Origin: an uncultured Azospirillum sp.
Lineage (GTDB): Bacteria; Pseudomonadota; Alphaproteobacteria; RF32; CAG-239
Direction: 5' to 3'
NCBI GenBank assembly: GCA_900542055.1
Contig: UQMA01000003.1
Coordinates: forward strand, 763 to 64,762
Length of the DNA stretch: 64,000 nt
Shown here: positions 37,171-47,080 of the stretch, in pieces
Numbering within the stretch: position 1 is the stretch's first letter
Layout of the letters: each line of letters begins with the position of its first letter
Translations under genes and position numbers: made by a program
The notes under the pieces: generated by a model
What the model was told of the DNA's origin: nothing
Seen by the model: only the letters and a program-made list of their open reading frames with translations
Databases searched by the model: none

Positions 37171-38517
37171 TTATTCTCCTTCAAGTTTTTGATTAAAATT
37201 GCAGGCTTTGTCGTAGCGTATCAGCAGATATCCGTTTTTATCCTGATAAACAGCTTCCGGACAAACTTTAGCAACTTCTTGCGCCAATAATCCCAGCTGC
37301 GGAATTTTAGAACCGATAAAATTAAAGCAATATACCGTCAAACCGTTATGCAGCTGTCCGACCGGTTTGATATTTTCTTTCAAACGAACATCCGAAAACA
37401 TCATACCAAGCTGCGCCGCTGTTAAAGCCGCCTGCATACCTGCTTGCTGCTGTCCTGCCGAATTAGACTGATTGGCTGCATCAATTCTGCGATCTACCCC
37501 GTTTTGAATACCGTATATATTCATTGCGTTGTCATAACCGGAATGCGAACCCTGCAATTGCGATAAAATTTGACTGATATAAGCCGCTTGCGCGTTATTG
37601 TTAAAATTTCCGGCTGAAACAGCATTTGCAAGACTGTTATTAAAAGCATTTTGCCCTGATAAAACAGCTTGATACGCTGCTTGATTATAACTGTCATTCT
37701 GATTTTGCCACAAATTAGACATAGCGCGGTTGTACGCATTGCTTCCAACTGTAATGCCTTGATTCTGCAAGCGGGTTTCCAAATCATTTGTTTGCTGCTC
37801 AAATTTTGGCTGCAGCCTGTCGCTATAAGCCTGCCATGCGGCGTTTTCAGCACGTTTTCTTGCTTCATCCGACCCATCGACGTTAAAAGTATAATTTCCC
37901 ATATTATTGAGATTTTGACTCATATTATAGGCATTATTAACCAAGTTATTCAAAGTATTGTCATAAGTTTGGCTGTTATAATTTTTTAAATAATTCAACA
38001 TATTTGTTTCCGAACCATAAGGTTTTATGTTTGCCGTTCCAGCTCCTAACGCACTCCCTACAGCTTTAAATCCTCCAGACATTTCATTTTCTCCTTTTTG
38101 TTTAATAAATTTGCATTCTTCACGCAAAAGTCCCAAAACATACACATCTTGCCCATCGGCTCCGTAACGCCGCATTTTTCCTTCTCTCACAAACCCGCAA
38201 CGCTCTGCCAACGACAAAGAGGCTTTGTTGTCAACGGCAATCAAAGCGTTAATTCTCCGGCATTCCAGTACATCAAATCCAACACCGAATATTTTTTGCA
38301 AAACCCTTTTACTGCACCAATGACGGTCTGTTGTATAAATGTTCAGCCAAACCGAATTTTTCGGGCTTAATTCCGTAAGAACCACGCCGCCGACCATTTT
38401 TGCACCATAAAAAACGGCAAGGGAAAGACCTTGCCTCATTTCTTCATTTTTCAATTTCAGCCCAACAGACACAAAGTCTGCCGTAAAGCCGCTTTTATCA
38501 TAGACCACATCAGACAA
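37171..38517 (-). CDS. GNAT acetyltransferase domain fused in frame to a Q/N-rich tail protein ending in an S74 intramolecular-chaperone domain
   Basis: Track ORF 37171-38562. Probable TTG start at 38517 (AAGGAGG 5 nt upstream). N-terminal ~150 aa are GNAT-like (INALIAVDNKASLSLAERCGFVREG). An internal ATG at 38082 has its own AAGGAG RBS. C-terminus SDVRLKENIKPV...GLLAQEV...PEAV is the S74/endosialidase-chaperone pattern. Confidence 0.6.
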   Translation of the reverse strand: MSDVVYDKSGFTADFVSVGLKLKNEEMRQGLSLAVFYGAKMVGGVVLTELSPKNSVWLNIYTTDRHWCSKRVLQKIFGVGFDVLECRRINALIAVDNKASLSLAERCGFVREGKMRRYGADGQDVYVLGLLREECKFIKQKGENEMSGGFKAVGSALGAGTANIKPYGSETNMLNYLKNYNSQTYDNTLNNLVNNAYNMSQNLNNMGNYTFNVDGSDEARKRAENAAWQAYSDRLQPKFEQQTNDLETRLQNQGITVGSNAYNRAMSNLWQNQNDSYNQAAYQAVLSGQNAFNNSLANAVSAGNFNNNAQAAYISQILSQLQGSHSGYDNAMNIYGIQNGVDRRIDAANQSNSAGQQQAGMQAALTAAQLGMMFSDVRLKENIKPVGQLHNGLTVYCFNFIGSKIPQLGLLAQEVAKVCPEAVYQDKNGYLLIRYDKACNFNQKLEGE

Positions 38518-40057
38518 CCCCGCCTCCTTGTTCAAAGCGAAATCCGGTATTATACCATTCAATCAAATTTCCGCGGGTTTTGGTTTTAAAAACCAAAGAG
38601 GCTTTATAACCAACGGCATTATTGCCAATCCATTGACTGCGGACATGGCTTTTTAATGTAGCCCATTTTGTACCGATTGGATTTTTCAAACTGCTCCAAC
38701 GGCTTTCATTCCACTTGTTGCCGTCAGAATTTCCAATATTTTCGGCATATCCTCGCTCTTCATTTGTAAAGTCCATATCGGTATATATATTTAACGCAAA
38801 AACAGAAGAACTTTTGGTTCTCGGATTGAGCATTTGAATTTTCTTCAGATTATTAGTGCCCAAATTACAATAAGCCTGATGAACATTTCCGCAAATTGGA
38901 AGACCGCTGTCCGAATGTCCTTCATCAAACAAATAAACCCCGTTATCAGAACCAAAGTAAAGACGATCTTCAAATATTCTCCAACATACGGCATTTATAT
39001 TTGTAAACCGGCACCAAGCACCGGAACTCATATTAACAACATGCTGTTCAAAATATCCGCGCACGGGAACATTAAACAAAGCATATCCGCCTCGCGGATA
39101 AACAATTGCCTGCCAACCTGAAAGTTTTTTATTGTCTTTTATTCTTGATAAAACCAAACCGCGTATTTTATCACTGTAAGCGTTTCCCGACACTCCGCTT
39201 TGAGCCATATAAATTGTTGATGACAATGGAATATATCCGTCTTCGCAAATAATTGCCAAATCACCGCGGTAAGGCAGAACACAATGTTTTCCAATCGGAC
39301 GTCCTATATAATATTTTCCTTTCAAAGACCAATCATTGGCATTGTCTGGATTATTTCCTCCGTAAATTAAAACTTCGCCTTCCGTCGTTATAAAAACGGT
39401 CAAATCATCCATACCTTCCCCACCATCGCAGGTCCAGCCGGCAATGGCAGCCAAACTTCCTCCTTTTGACACCAATGCCGACAAGTCGACACTGTGCAAA
39501 GTTCCTTGAACTTCACCGACCGTTTGTGAATACCAGTATGTAAGTGAATTTTTTTCTATATAAAAAACCCGCTGTTTGGACACGGCAACGCCGCATAAAA
39601 GCGATTTGTCTAAATTATCGCCATCCAAAACCGTTTCCTGCCATTTCCATCCTCCGGTTTCGTCCTGCATATAAGTTAATGGTTCATCAACCCCGTTCAC
39701 CAGCAGCAAACGATTGCGGAACTGTACAAAATGCCAATCATTACTCTGCAAATTTTCATATTCGACTTCATCATAACCGGAAGTAATATTAAAAATTTTT
39801 CCGTCCGCTGCGGCAAATAAACGATTATGGTTTGGAAAATTAAAATTCATCAAAGTTTCGGTTTTAATTTTCTTTCCTCCGAGCGCATAAAGTTTATAGC
39901 CGCCGCGCAAACAAACTTTGGTTTCAGACGGATAATAATTATCCATAACAATTGCATCTGTTAAAGGCATTGTATCCAAATTATCACGCTGATTCAAACC
40001 GCCTACTGGCGCTGGTAAAATATAATTTTGCGCTCGGTTAACTGCTCTGTTTAACAT
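38510..40057 (-). CDS. large virion structural protein (tail tubular/nozzle or beta-propeller-like candidate)
   Basis: 515 aa, beta-rich, lying between head-completion-sized ORFs and the fibre genes. Assignment is by position only. Confidence 0.4.
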   Translation of the reverse strand: MLNRAVNRAQNYILPAPVGGLNQRDNLDTMPLTDAIVMDNYYPSETKVCLRGGYKLYALGGKKIKTETLMNFNFPNHNRLFAAADGKIFNITSGYDEVEYENLQSNDWHFVQFRNRLLLVNGVDEPLTYMQDETGGWKWQETVLDGDNLDKSLLCGVAVSKQRVFYIEKNSLTYWYSQTVGEVQGTLHSVDLSALVSKGGSLAAIAGWTCDGGEGMDDLTVFITTEGEVLIYGGNNPDNANDWSLKGKYYIGRPIGKHCVLPYRGDLAIICEDGYIPLSSTIYMAQSGVSGNAYSDKIRGLVLSRIKDNKKLSGWQAIVYPRGGYALFNVPVRGYFEQHVVNMSSGAWCRFTNINAVCWRIFEDRLYFGSDNGVYLFDEGHSDSGLPICGNVHQAYCNLGTNNLKKIQMLNPRTKSSSVFALNIYTDMDFTNEERGYAENIGNSDGNKWNESRWSSLKNPIGTKWATLKSHVRSQWIGNNAVGYKASLVFKTKTRGNLIEWYNTGFRFEQGGGVV

Positions 40058-40754
40058 AGGCTATTCCTCCATCTTTTGACAATTGTCCGCAAAAACCGCA
40101 CAAACTAATATCTTTGCTTGACAATCCTGCTCCAAAACTTTTGGCGCATTCCTTTTCGTATTCACGCATTTCTTCCTGATAAGCCAAACCATTGCGCGCC
40201 TGCAAACGCCAACGAACAGCCAATTTAACTAAATATTCGTCAAAAACCGGAATATCGCTGTCTTTAGTTATTTCAGTTTTTTCATTAAACATTCCGGCGC
40301 CGTAAGCCACAACTGCAGACCGATATTGAAATACTATTTTAATTCCTTCCGGAGGCGGACACAAAAAACGAAACATAGAATTTTGAATTTTAAATTTAAT
40401 TCCGGTGGTCTGGTCTTGCAGGCATTTTTCTTTTTGCCATTGTTCGGGACGAATTGCCCCTATAATTTTTTCATTTGCATTTTTAATATAAACAGTATTA
40501 TTCAACAATTGAAAAAAATCGGGACAAAAAGTCTTAATCAAATAATCGCTTTTCCCTTTAACCGTTATCAACTCAGCATCTTTAGTCAGTTCTTGCCAAT
40601 CTCCAAAACGCAGCAAACCGTTTAAAGCATCTCTGGCCACACTCAAAAAAATCTGCTCATTTTGACTTTTACCGCCAAATAATGTTTTTGGGGCTTGAAC
40701 ACAAGCCAAACTAGCTGCGTCCTGACAAATTTCGAGAATACTTTTCATAACCAT
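40038..40754 (-). CDS. virion structural protein (adaptor/tail tubular A candidate)
   Basis: 238-aa ORF that overlaps both neighbours by 20-40 nt. Assignment is by position only. Confidence 0.4.
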   Translation of the reverse strand: MVMKSILEICQDAASLACVQAPKTLFGGKSQNEQIFLSVARDALNGLLRFGDWQELTKDAELITVKGKSDYLIKTFCPDFFQLLNNTVYIKNANEKIIGAIRPEQWQKEKCLQDQTTGIKFKIQNSMFRFLCPPPEGIKIVFQYRSAVVAYGAGMFNEKTEITKDSDIPVFDEYLVKLAVRWRLQARNGLAYQEEMREYEKECAKSFGAGLSSKDISLCGFCGQLSKDGGIAYVKQSS

Positions 40755-41298
40755 TTTTACCTTTCAATTGTTGAAGCAGAGAATCAACTTTATTTTCTAG
40801 TGTTTTGATTTTTTGTTTATATTCATTTTCTTGTTGTTGCCAAACTGACAAAGTTAAGGTACCTCTCGCACGTTTGATGAACTTAATTGCCAAAGATTTT
40901 TCATCAACCAATCCCAACTCTTCAACCTTGTCATCAGACAATTCGGACAAAGCCTCAACCGTAAAAATTCCGCGTAATTTCAAACTTTCTATTTCAGCTG
41001 CGTTAAGAAAAGCAAATTGTTCCAGCGGAGTTCCGTTTTCAGTTTCCTTTTTAGCTTGTTTATAACGTGCGTACTCAACCGGAAAACGCTTTATTTTATC
41101 CTCATCGGCAGGTTGATCATAAATTTCAGACATATTGTCTTTTATTCTGACTTCGCAAAAACAAACATTTTTGAACTTAGGTAAACCATCTGCGCTTAAA
41201 ACACCTGTTTTGACCGCCCTGTCATAAAAACGGGCGACAATACCTTCTTCCGAATTTTTTCCGGAAGCTACTTTTTCAAAAGTTGTAAAATCCATCAT
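40711..41298 (-). CDS. phage hypothetical protein downstream of the capsid gene
   Basis: Start moved to the ATG at 41298 (AAGGAAACA upstream, MMDFTTFEK). About 195 aa. Confidence 0.45.
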   Translation of the reverse strand: MMDFTTFEKVASGKNSEEGIVARFYDRAVKTGVLSADGLPKFKNVCFCEVRIKDNMSEIYDQPADEDKIKRFPVEYARYKQAKKETENGTPLEQFAFLNAAEIESLKLRGIFTVEALSELSDDKVEELGLVDEKSLAIKFIKRARGTLTLSVWQQQENEYKQKIKTLENKVDSLLQQLKGKNGYEKYSRNLSGRS

Positions 41299-41369
41299 TG
41301 TTTCCTTTTCAAAAAAAGGCAGACAACACCATTTAAAGATGTCGTCCGCCAATAATTGCAACCGACTGC

Positions 41370-42335
41370 TTAGCTGTTTATCAAAACACCTTGCAAAGCT
41401 GCATTCGACATAGTCATATTTCCGGCCCAGCCTATGATTTTATAAATAGCATCCTGATTTACAGCCATTCTTTCTCCGCCTATAACTTTCATATTGCGGT
41501 CTTGATGAGAACGTAAATACAAATAATTGCTGTTCAGAAAATACATTCTGTCTTCAGGGCAGCAACCGCCCTGACCACCATCACAAACCACATCAGCTCC
41601 TTTGAAACGCAATGCTTCAAAACCTGATTCAGCCAATTTACTGTCGGTAAAACGCTGCTGAGCAGTCAATGACTGTTCAAATAAAGAATACAAATCATTT
41701 CCGGTAATAATCATGTCCGGTTTATCTGTTCCGCGATTAAGCGACATATACATTTTATCCATAGCCGGACGGATTGTTTCAATAGTTAAAGCCTCTGGAG
41801 CGGTGGTCGATTTGTTGCGCCAAAATTCATTACCGGCTGTCGCGCGGTTAATTCCGCCGACTGTACCGGTAGACGGCGCGTCAGCAACCAATAATTTCAA
41901 ACCTCCGATTGCTTTGCCGTTTGCTGCTGTACCATCGCCGTAAACGGCTTCTGCCATTTTGTTGCTCATCGTTTTAACGGCATTTTCAATTCTTTTTTCA
42001 AACAAATCCATCATTTGGAACTTGCTCGAATTTTTAAGCATATCTTCGCCTGAAACAGCAACCGGAACAGCACAAAGTTTCAAAGAATATTCTGCCGCGC
42101 TGAATAATTGTTTCGGAGTATATTCAATTGTATCATATCCGGAATACCAGCTCATATCTCCTTGCCCGTATTCCAATTCTTCCACAATTTTCGAACCGCC
42201 GGACAAAGCGCGGTTATGCCCTTTCTCCTGCAAACGTTTTAATAAAGCATTGTTGTTTGACACCGCATCAGCCAATTGTCCGCTGCGGTTTTTAAGGGTG
42301 GTTGTAAAAATATCATCATACTCAGAATTTGCCAT
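41370..42335 (-). CDS. major capsid protein candidate
   Basis: 321 aa. Follows a scaffold-like gene. Sequence features (WYSGYDTIEY, GGLKLLVADAPSTGTVGGINRATAGNEFWRN) resemble capsid proteins I recall from BPP-1/epsilon15-like podoviruses. Not verified. Confidence 0.65.
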   Translation of the reverse strand: MANSEYDDIFTTTLKNRSGQLADAVSNNNALLKRLQEKGHNRALSGGSKIVEELEYGQGDMSWYSGYDTIEYTPKQLFSAAEYSLKLCAVPVAVSGEDMLKNSSKFQMMDLFEKRIENAVKTMSNKMAEAVYGDGTAANGKAIGGLKLLVADAPSTGTVGGINRATAGNEFWRNKSTTAPEALTIETIRPAMDKMYMSLNRGTDKPDMIITGNDLYSLFEQSLTAQQRFTDSKLAESGFEALRFKGADVVCDGGQGGCCPEDRMYFLNSNYLYLRSHQDRNMKVIGGERMAVNQDAIYKIIGWAGNMTMSNAALQGVLINS

Positions 42336-42369
42336 TTTATATTTTCCTTTCTTTTTCAGCTAATTTTGT

Positions 42370-42867
42370 TCAGTTATTTAAAGCCGCAAATTGACGTTCA
42401 AGCATTTGTCTGGTTGTCAGACGTGCGTTATCGCCATCTGTTTCACGATGTCCAGAAACAGCAAAGGCGGCCTCTTTAGCCGCCTTTGCCTCTTCTGCTT
42501 TTGCCAAAAGTTCCGCCTCGCCTTTTGCTTTGGCTTCAAAATTTTCGCTCAGTCTGTTAAGCTCGCATAATAATCCGTTTATTTTAGTATCAATATCCGC
42601 GCAAAGTTCTTCCAACCTGCCGGAAGATTGTTGTCCGCAATCCAAATTTATGCCATATACTCCAGCCAAAAAACGCAATGTTGCCGCTGGATTTTTTTCA
42701 ATCAAATCTTCAGCCAAAATCAAATTTTCAATCCATTCTTTAGCACTTTTAAAACCTCGTTTTGCTCCCTTGGTTTTAAAAGCGTCTTCCAAAAAATGTT
42801 TAGCGTTTAATTCGGAAACATAATCATCGGGTTTAATTTCCGGCGGTTGTTTTTGTATTGGTTGCAT
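42370..42867 (-). CDS. scaffolding protein candidate
   Basis: Start moved to the ATG at 42867 (AAGGAGA upstream). About 165 aa, helical, A/E/K-rich tail (EAKAKGEAELLAKAEEAKAAKEAA). Lies between the portal-sized and capsid-like genes. Confidence 0.55.
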   Translation of the reverse strand: MQPIQKQPPEIKPDDYVSELNAKHFLEDAFKTKGAKRGFKSAKEWIENLILAEDLIEKNPAATLRFLAGVYGINLDCGQQSSGRLEELCADIDTKINGLLCELNRLSENFEAKAKGEAELLAKAEEAKAAKEAAFAVSGHRETDGDNARLTTRQMLERQFAALNN

Positions 42868-43090
42868 TCCATATTCTCCTTTTGTAATTATTAACAAATT
42901 CCGCAAACAACTCTTTGCGGTAAGCCTTTTCCCGATTGAATTTAACATTTCGGCGAAAGGCGTCCGAATAATCGCCGGCTGAAGCCAAACCGTTTTTACG
43001 CAGATAGCGTTCAACATCCTGCATACATCCGGCAATTTCACCATCAGGAAGAATGATTTCTTCCGTCCACTGTTTTGAAAAATAAGCCAT
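42833..43090 (-). CDS. phage hypothetical protein
   Basis: 85-aa ORF just downstream of the portal-sized gene. Confidence 0.4.
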   Translation of the reverse strand: MAYFSKQWTEEIILPDGEIAGCMQDVERYLRKNGLASAGDYSDAFRRNVKFNREKAYRKELFAEFVNNYKRRIWNATNTKTTAGN

Positions 43091-43107
43091 ATTTTTTCAC
43101 TCCGTTA

Positions 43108-44889
43108 TCAAACTTTTTCAGCTTGCAGCTGACATTGTTTCAAACAGCTTTGCACTGATAATTCTTTATCGGCAAAAGCAAGCTTATCAGCCTCTATTTT
43201 GGCTTTAATATTCAATTCTTTGTTTTTTAAAATATTTTTCTGCATTTCCACCAGCTGTTTAGAATTCGGTTGTAAATTTACTTGTTCTTGCGGTGGCGGC
43301 AAAGACAACTCTTGTTCTATGCCGTTAAAAACATTTTCAAGCACAGTTTCAAAACATCTTGCCCGCGGCATGGTCGAAACAACAGCTTCAGTCATACTGC
43401 GATAAAGAGGCAGCAATTTCGGCTGCTGGCTTACGGTCATCAATGCTTCTCTAATCATTTTGCTCACACATTCCACGGCTGAAACAGTCGCCGTATTTTC
43501 TTCGCTTTGATTTAACAGATTACCGGTTTCAACACTGAAAAGCATACCTCTTAATTTTTCGGTTTTAAGCAAATTTACCGCTGCCATTGATACTTTTGTG
43601 TCTTTTTTCAATTCTTCGGGCAAAAACGACAGCAATTTATCGGCTGAAAAATATTCACAGATAATTTCAGCCTTTATCCGCAGCAAATCACGGATAAAAC
43701 GCTGCATATCGTTTTGTCTGTCCTGATTGCGCAAAGCTCCGAAATTTGTTTTTTTAATAACAGCGGTTGCAGTTTCCGACGCATCGGAATTTCCGCGCAT
43801 AATATCCGATACTCCTGTAATATCAAAAATTCCGCTGATGATATCCTGACGCCTTCTCGCCAATTGTTCCAAAGCCGAAACGTATTGTTCCAAAGGCACA
43901 AAATCAATAATTCCTCTGATACCGCCGTTTTCTCTCAGCTTTACAAAATCATTTACGGAAACCAAAGTAACATCTTTGCTCAAAATATCTGCCAATTCAG
44001 GAAAAGAATTGTCATAAGCTCCGCTGACTTTCAAAGCCTGCATGGTCAAACGCATTCGGTTGGTAATTCCGTTAAGCTCATTCAACATTTCTTTAATCAA
44101 ACAATAGTCAGGAACCGGAATCAAACTGTCATTGGTTTGAGTAGCCCAAATTGGTTTTGGGCAAGGAAAAAAGTTTTTCACTCCCAAAACATCACCGCTA
44201 ACACGCAAAAAACGTCCTGAATATGATTTTGACAGCCAATAAACCTTTCGAGTTTTTTTATCCCAAATTTCATAAACGCAAATGGTTCCTGACATTTGCA
44301 TATCATTGACATTAAAATTTTTTTCAGCTTCTTCGGCATCCATATAAATTTTGCGCGCCAGCCAGCCTATTTCTTCCCAAACGCCGGCAGCTTTGCCATC
44401 GGCTAAAAAATCTTTTGGATCAACATAAATCGTTTCAACTTTTTCCTCTCTTTTAACCTGCAATCCTTCTTGGGGAGCAACCGGATTAGGTACACTGAAA
44501 AATTCAGGTTTGTATTGTTCCCATACTATTCCTGTTCCCGAAATCAAAAAATCATTACGCGCATATTTAATGACGCTGTCAAAATCGAATTGCGCCAAAT
44601 TCCACGTCAGCGCACGTTCCAAAATAACACATGCCGCACGCTCGATTTTTTCCAAACTTTTATTTTGTCTTTCAATATAAAATTGAGGCTGTTTGAAATA
44701 TAAAAACGGTTTCAGCGTTTCTATAGTCGACCAAAAAATATTATAATGCCCTCTGTGCGGATTGTGATTGTCTTTATAAAAATTACGCGTTTCATCAATC
44801 AATTCATAATATGGTTTATAAATTTTCTCCGCCGCGTCAATTTTTTCAACCCAATCTTCAAATTGCTCTTTTTCTGATTTTTCAATCAT
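43108..44889 (-). CDS. portal protein candidate
   Basis: 593 aa. The size and its position shortly after the large terminase are typical for portals. No motif verified. Confidence 0.6.
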   Translation of the reverse strand: MIEKSEKEQFEDWVEKIDAAEKIYKPYYELIDETRNFYKDNHNPHRGHYNIFWSTIETLKPFLYFKQPQFYIERQNKSLEKIERAACVILERALTWNLAQFDFDSVIKYARNDFLISGTGIVWEQYKPEFFSVPNPVAPQEGLQVKREEKVETIYVDPKDFLADGKAAGVWEEIGWLARKIYMDAEEAEKNFNVNDMQMSGTICVYEIWDKKTRKVYWLSKSYSGRFLRVSGDVLGVKNFFPCPKPIWATQTNDSLIPVPDYCLIKEMLNELNGITNRMRLTMQALKVSGAYDNSFPELADILSKDVTLVSVNDFVKLRENGGIRGIIDFVPLEQYVSALEQLARRRQDIISGIFDITGVSDIMRGNSDASETATAVIKKTNFGALRNQDRQNDMQRFIRDLLRIKAEIICEYFSADKLLSFLPEELKKDTKVSMAAVNLLKTEKLRGMLFSVETGNLLNQSEENTATVSAVECVSKMIREALMTVSQQPKLLPLYRSMTEAVVSTMPRARCFETVLENVFNGIEQELSLPPPQEQVNLQPNSKQLVEMQKNILKNKELNIKAKIEADKLAFADKELSVQSCLKQCQLQAEKV

Positions 44890-45139
44890 TTTCCACCACT
44901 CCCAAAATACTGTTTTCTCTCACGACAATTATGTCTTTATCCGGTGTCGGCAAATCATCGAAAATATGAAACAGCACCTTATCGCCGACTTTTACCGAAA
45001 ATACTTGTTCGCCAACTGAAATAACTGTACCGATTGTTCTTTCGTTTGGACCGTTATGAGGAATAATAACTCCGCCGTCTGTTTTTTCTTTTTCCGGAGG
45101 CAATTTAATAAAAACCCTGTCTGCCACTGCCTGTATCAT
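44882..45139 (-). CDS. GroES (Cpn10)-like co-chaperonin encoded in the head module
   Basis: Start moved to the ATG at 45139 (AAGGAAAACA upstream). 85 aa that align by eye to GroES along the whole length: DRVFIK, KTDGGVIIP, GTVISVG, VKVGDKVLF, IIVVRENSILGVVE. Confidence 0.75.
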   Translation of the reverse strand: MIQAVADRVFIKLPPEKEKTDGGVIIPHNGPNERTIGTVISVGEQVFSVKVGDKVLFHIFDDLPTPDKDIIVVRENSILGVVEND

Positions 45140-45153
45140 TGTTTTCCTTTCAT

Positions 45154-45179
45154 AAAAAAAGCGCCATAAACAACGGCGC
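45154..45179 (-). terminator. intrinsic terminator-like hairpin between the large terminase and the GroES-like gene
   Basis: Minus strand reads GCGCC-GUUGUUUAU-GGCGC followed by UUUUUUU, 14 nt upstream of the GroES-like start. Confidence 0.5.
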
Positions 45180-45228
45180 AATTAAAAAAAAATGCCTAAA
45201 AACGGCACTTGACAAATACATATTACAA

Positions 45229-46551
45229 TCACCAAGAACTGTTTTTTCCAATTGATTTGCAAAACATTTCTTCAATACTGACTTTTCCGTTTCCATATAA
45301 ACGCGGATGTCCGATATCAAAAACCGGTTCGGCAAAAGTTAAAGCCAAAGCATCTGCTTTATCGGGAGAACGGCCAAGACGTTTTTTTATTTCATCCTTG
45401 CTTTCCAACTGCAAACGCCCTTTTCCGTCATATTTTTTACCAACCGAAGACAATTCGTTAAACAATTCCTCATCTTCCGGCAATTGCGGAGGCGGAGAAG
45501 ACGACAGCCAATCAGCCATTAAAGCCCACATTTCAGCTCTGCGGTTAAAATAGCGTTCGCTTTGAATGGCTTTTTCACCAAAATAGATACCACGAATAAT
45601 CTCCCCATATCCTCTGTCTTTCAAAATATCGAAAACTCCGGCTCCCTGACCTCCTATATCCATAAAAATCCGCATGGGATGAAGTTCTTTAATGAGTACT
45701 GTTGTCAAATTTGCCACTTCTACATTGCTCATTTGTGTATAAACTGAAAAATTTTGGCACAAACGTCCCTTGCGCCGGCAAAATACCGTACGGTCATCGC
45801 CAAAACGGGCAATATCCAACCCCACAACCAACGGCGAAGTTGTAAAATCTATTGTTTTTTGAAAAGCACGACGAATAAAAGAAGAATCTATTAATCTGTC
45901 ATTGCCTTGTTTCAAAGGTTCTCCCAACCAAATATGCCCATAATTTTCGGGGTTTTTCAACTTGCATTTTTCTGCTTGATATTTAATTTCCTGAGGACAA
46001 AAAGGATTATTATAAAAATTTACCCGCACGACCAGTGTTCTTTCATCGGGATTTGCAGCCACAGCCATCCACAATGGATCATTTTCATAAAGGCGGTTCA
46101 TCGAAATCCATATTTCAGAACCATCTTTCCTGATTGTCGGTTCCAATATCTCCCACGAAATTTTAGATATTGTTTGCGCTTCTTCTATCCAAGCAATATC
46201 AACGCCTTCCAACGATTTTATTTTTTGCGCGTCTTGTTCTCTCAAACCTTTGAAAATAAATTTTGTACCGGTTATTTTGTTTTCTATTTTATCTTCGAAA
46301 ACTTTATAATCAGACAAACCGTAAACCGCAATTCTATCGGTTAAAAGTTTATGCACAGAATCTTTTATGCTGTCCTGAATTTCACGCAAACAGGCGATAA
46401 ATAATTTTCTTTTACGTCCCAAAAGCAGCAAACTGTCGGCAAAAGCATAACTTTTTCCGCCGGCCCGCCCGCCGTAATAAAATTTAATCCGGTATTTTTT
46501 CGTCATCAACGGAGCATATATTTCCGGTATTTTCGCCGTTATTTTTTTCAT
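45229..46551 (-). CDS. terminase large subunit
   Basis: 440 aa. Walker A YYGGRAGGKSYAF, Walker B-like LFIACLRE, C-terminal nuclease-like region. AAGGAG RBS. 68-nt overlap with the small-subunit gene. Confidence 0.85.
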   Translation of the reverse strand: MKKITAKIPEIYAPLMTKKYRIKFYYGGRAGGKSYAFADSLLLLGRKRKLFIACLREIQDSIKDSVHKLLTDRIAVYGLSDYKVFEDKIENKITGTKFIFKGLREQDAQKIKSLEGVDIAWIEEAQTISKISWEILEPTIRKDGSEIWISMNRLYENDPLWMAVAANPDERTLVVRVNFYNNPFCPQEIKYQAEKCKLKNPENYGHIWLGEPLKQGNDRLIDSSFIRRAFQKTIDFTTSPLVVGLDIARFGDDRTVFCRRKGRLCQNFSVYTQMSNVEVANLTTVLIKELHPMRIFMDIGGQGAGVFDILKDRGYGEIIRGIYFGEKAIQSERYFNRRAEMWALMADWLSSSPPPQLPEDEELFNELSSVGKKYDGKGRLQLESKDEIKKRLGRSPDKADALALTFAEPVFDIGHPRLYGNGKVSIEEMFCKSIGKNSSW

Positions 46552-46984
46552 ATTTATCTCCTTTTCCTTTTACAAATTGAACCAAAACCTGTTTAAGATC
46601 TTCATCAAGCTGCTGTTTATCCTGCTTTTCGGTCCAACCGTGATTGACTTTTAACGCCATAATAGACATTGATGAATTATAAAATCCCAAACCGGCCGCG
46701 TTCATAAGCCATTCTTCCTGAAAACGCATGGCTTGTTCATACGCCGAATTAAATTCGGTTTCAGATTTACGCCAAACTTCCATCCGCGCTGCTGTTGTTT
46801 TTATACTATCGGCAAAACGAACAACACTCGGGCAAGGAGCTGCTGTTTTTTCGATAACAGTTTCAAATTTATCGTTTTTTTTACTATAAACTTCACGTGT
46901 TTCTTCAACAAACAGCGGGGCATCGCGAAACCATGCTATCAACTTTTCTGCATACTCGCTTTTATAATCTTTTGCTTTTTTCAT
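46484..46984 (-). CDS. terminase small subunit candidate
   Basis: 166 aa. Lies directly upstream of the large subunit and overlaps it. The central VVRFADSIKTTAARMEVW segment resembles the HTH of small terminases. Confidence 0.6.
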   Translation of the reverse strand: MKKAKDYKSEYAEKLIAWFRDAPLFVEETREVYSKKNDKFETVIEKTAAPCPSVVRFADSIKTTAARMEVWRKSETEFNSAYEQAMRFQEEWLMNAAGLGFYNSSMSIMALKVNHGWTEKQDKQQLDEDLKQVLVQFVKGKGDKYEKNNGENTGNICSVDDEKIPD

Positions 46985-47080
46985 AATTTTATCCGATTTT
47001 AGTAAAAACTTTGTCGATTAATAAATTGAGAAATAAATATGTATAGTGAAAGATGCTAATTTCTAACCAGCCGAAGTAAA

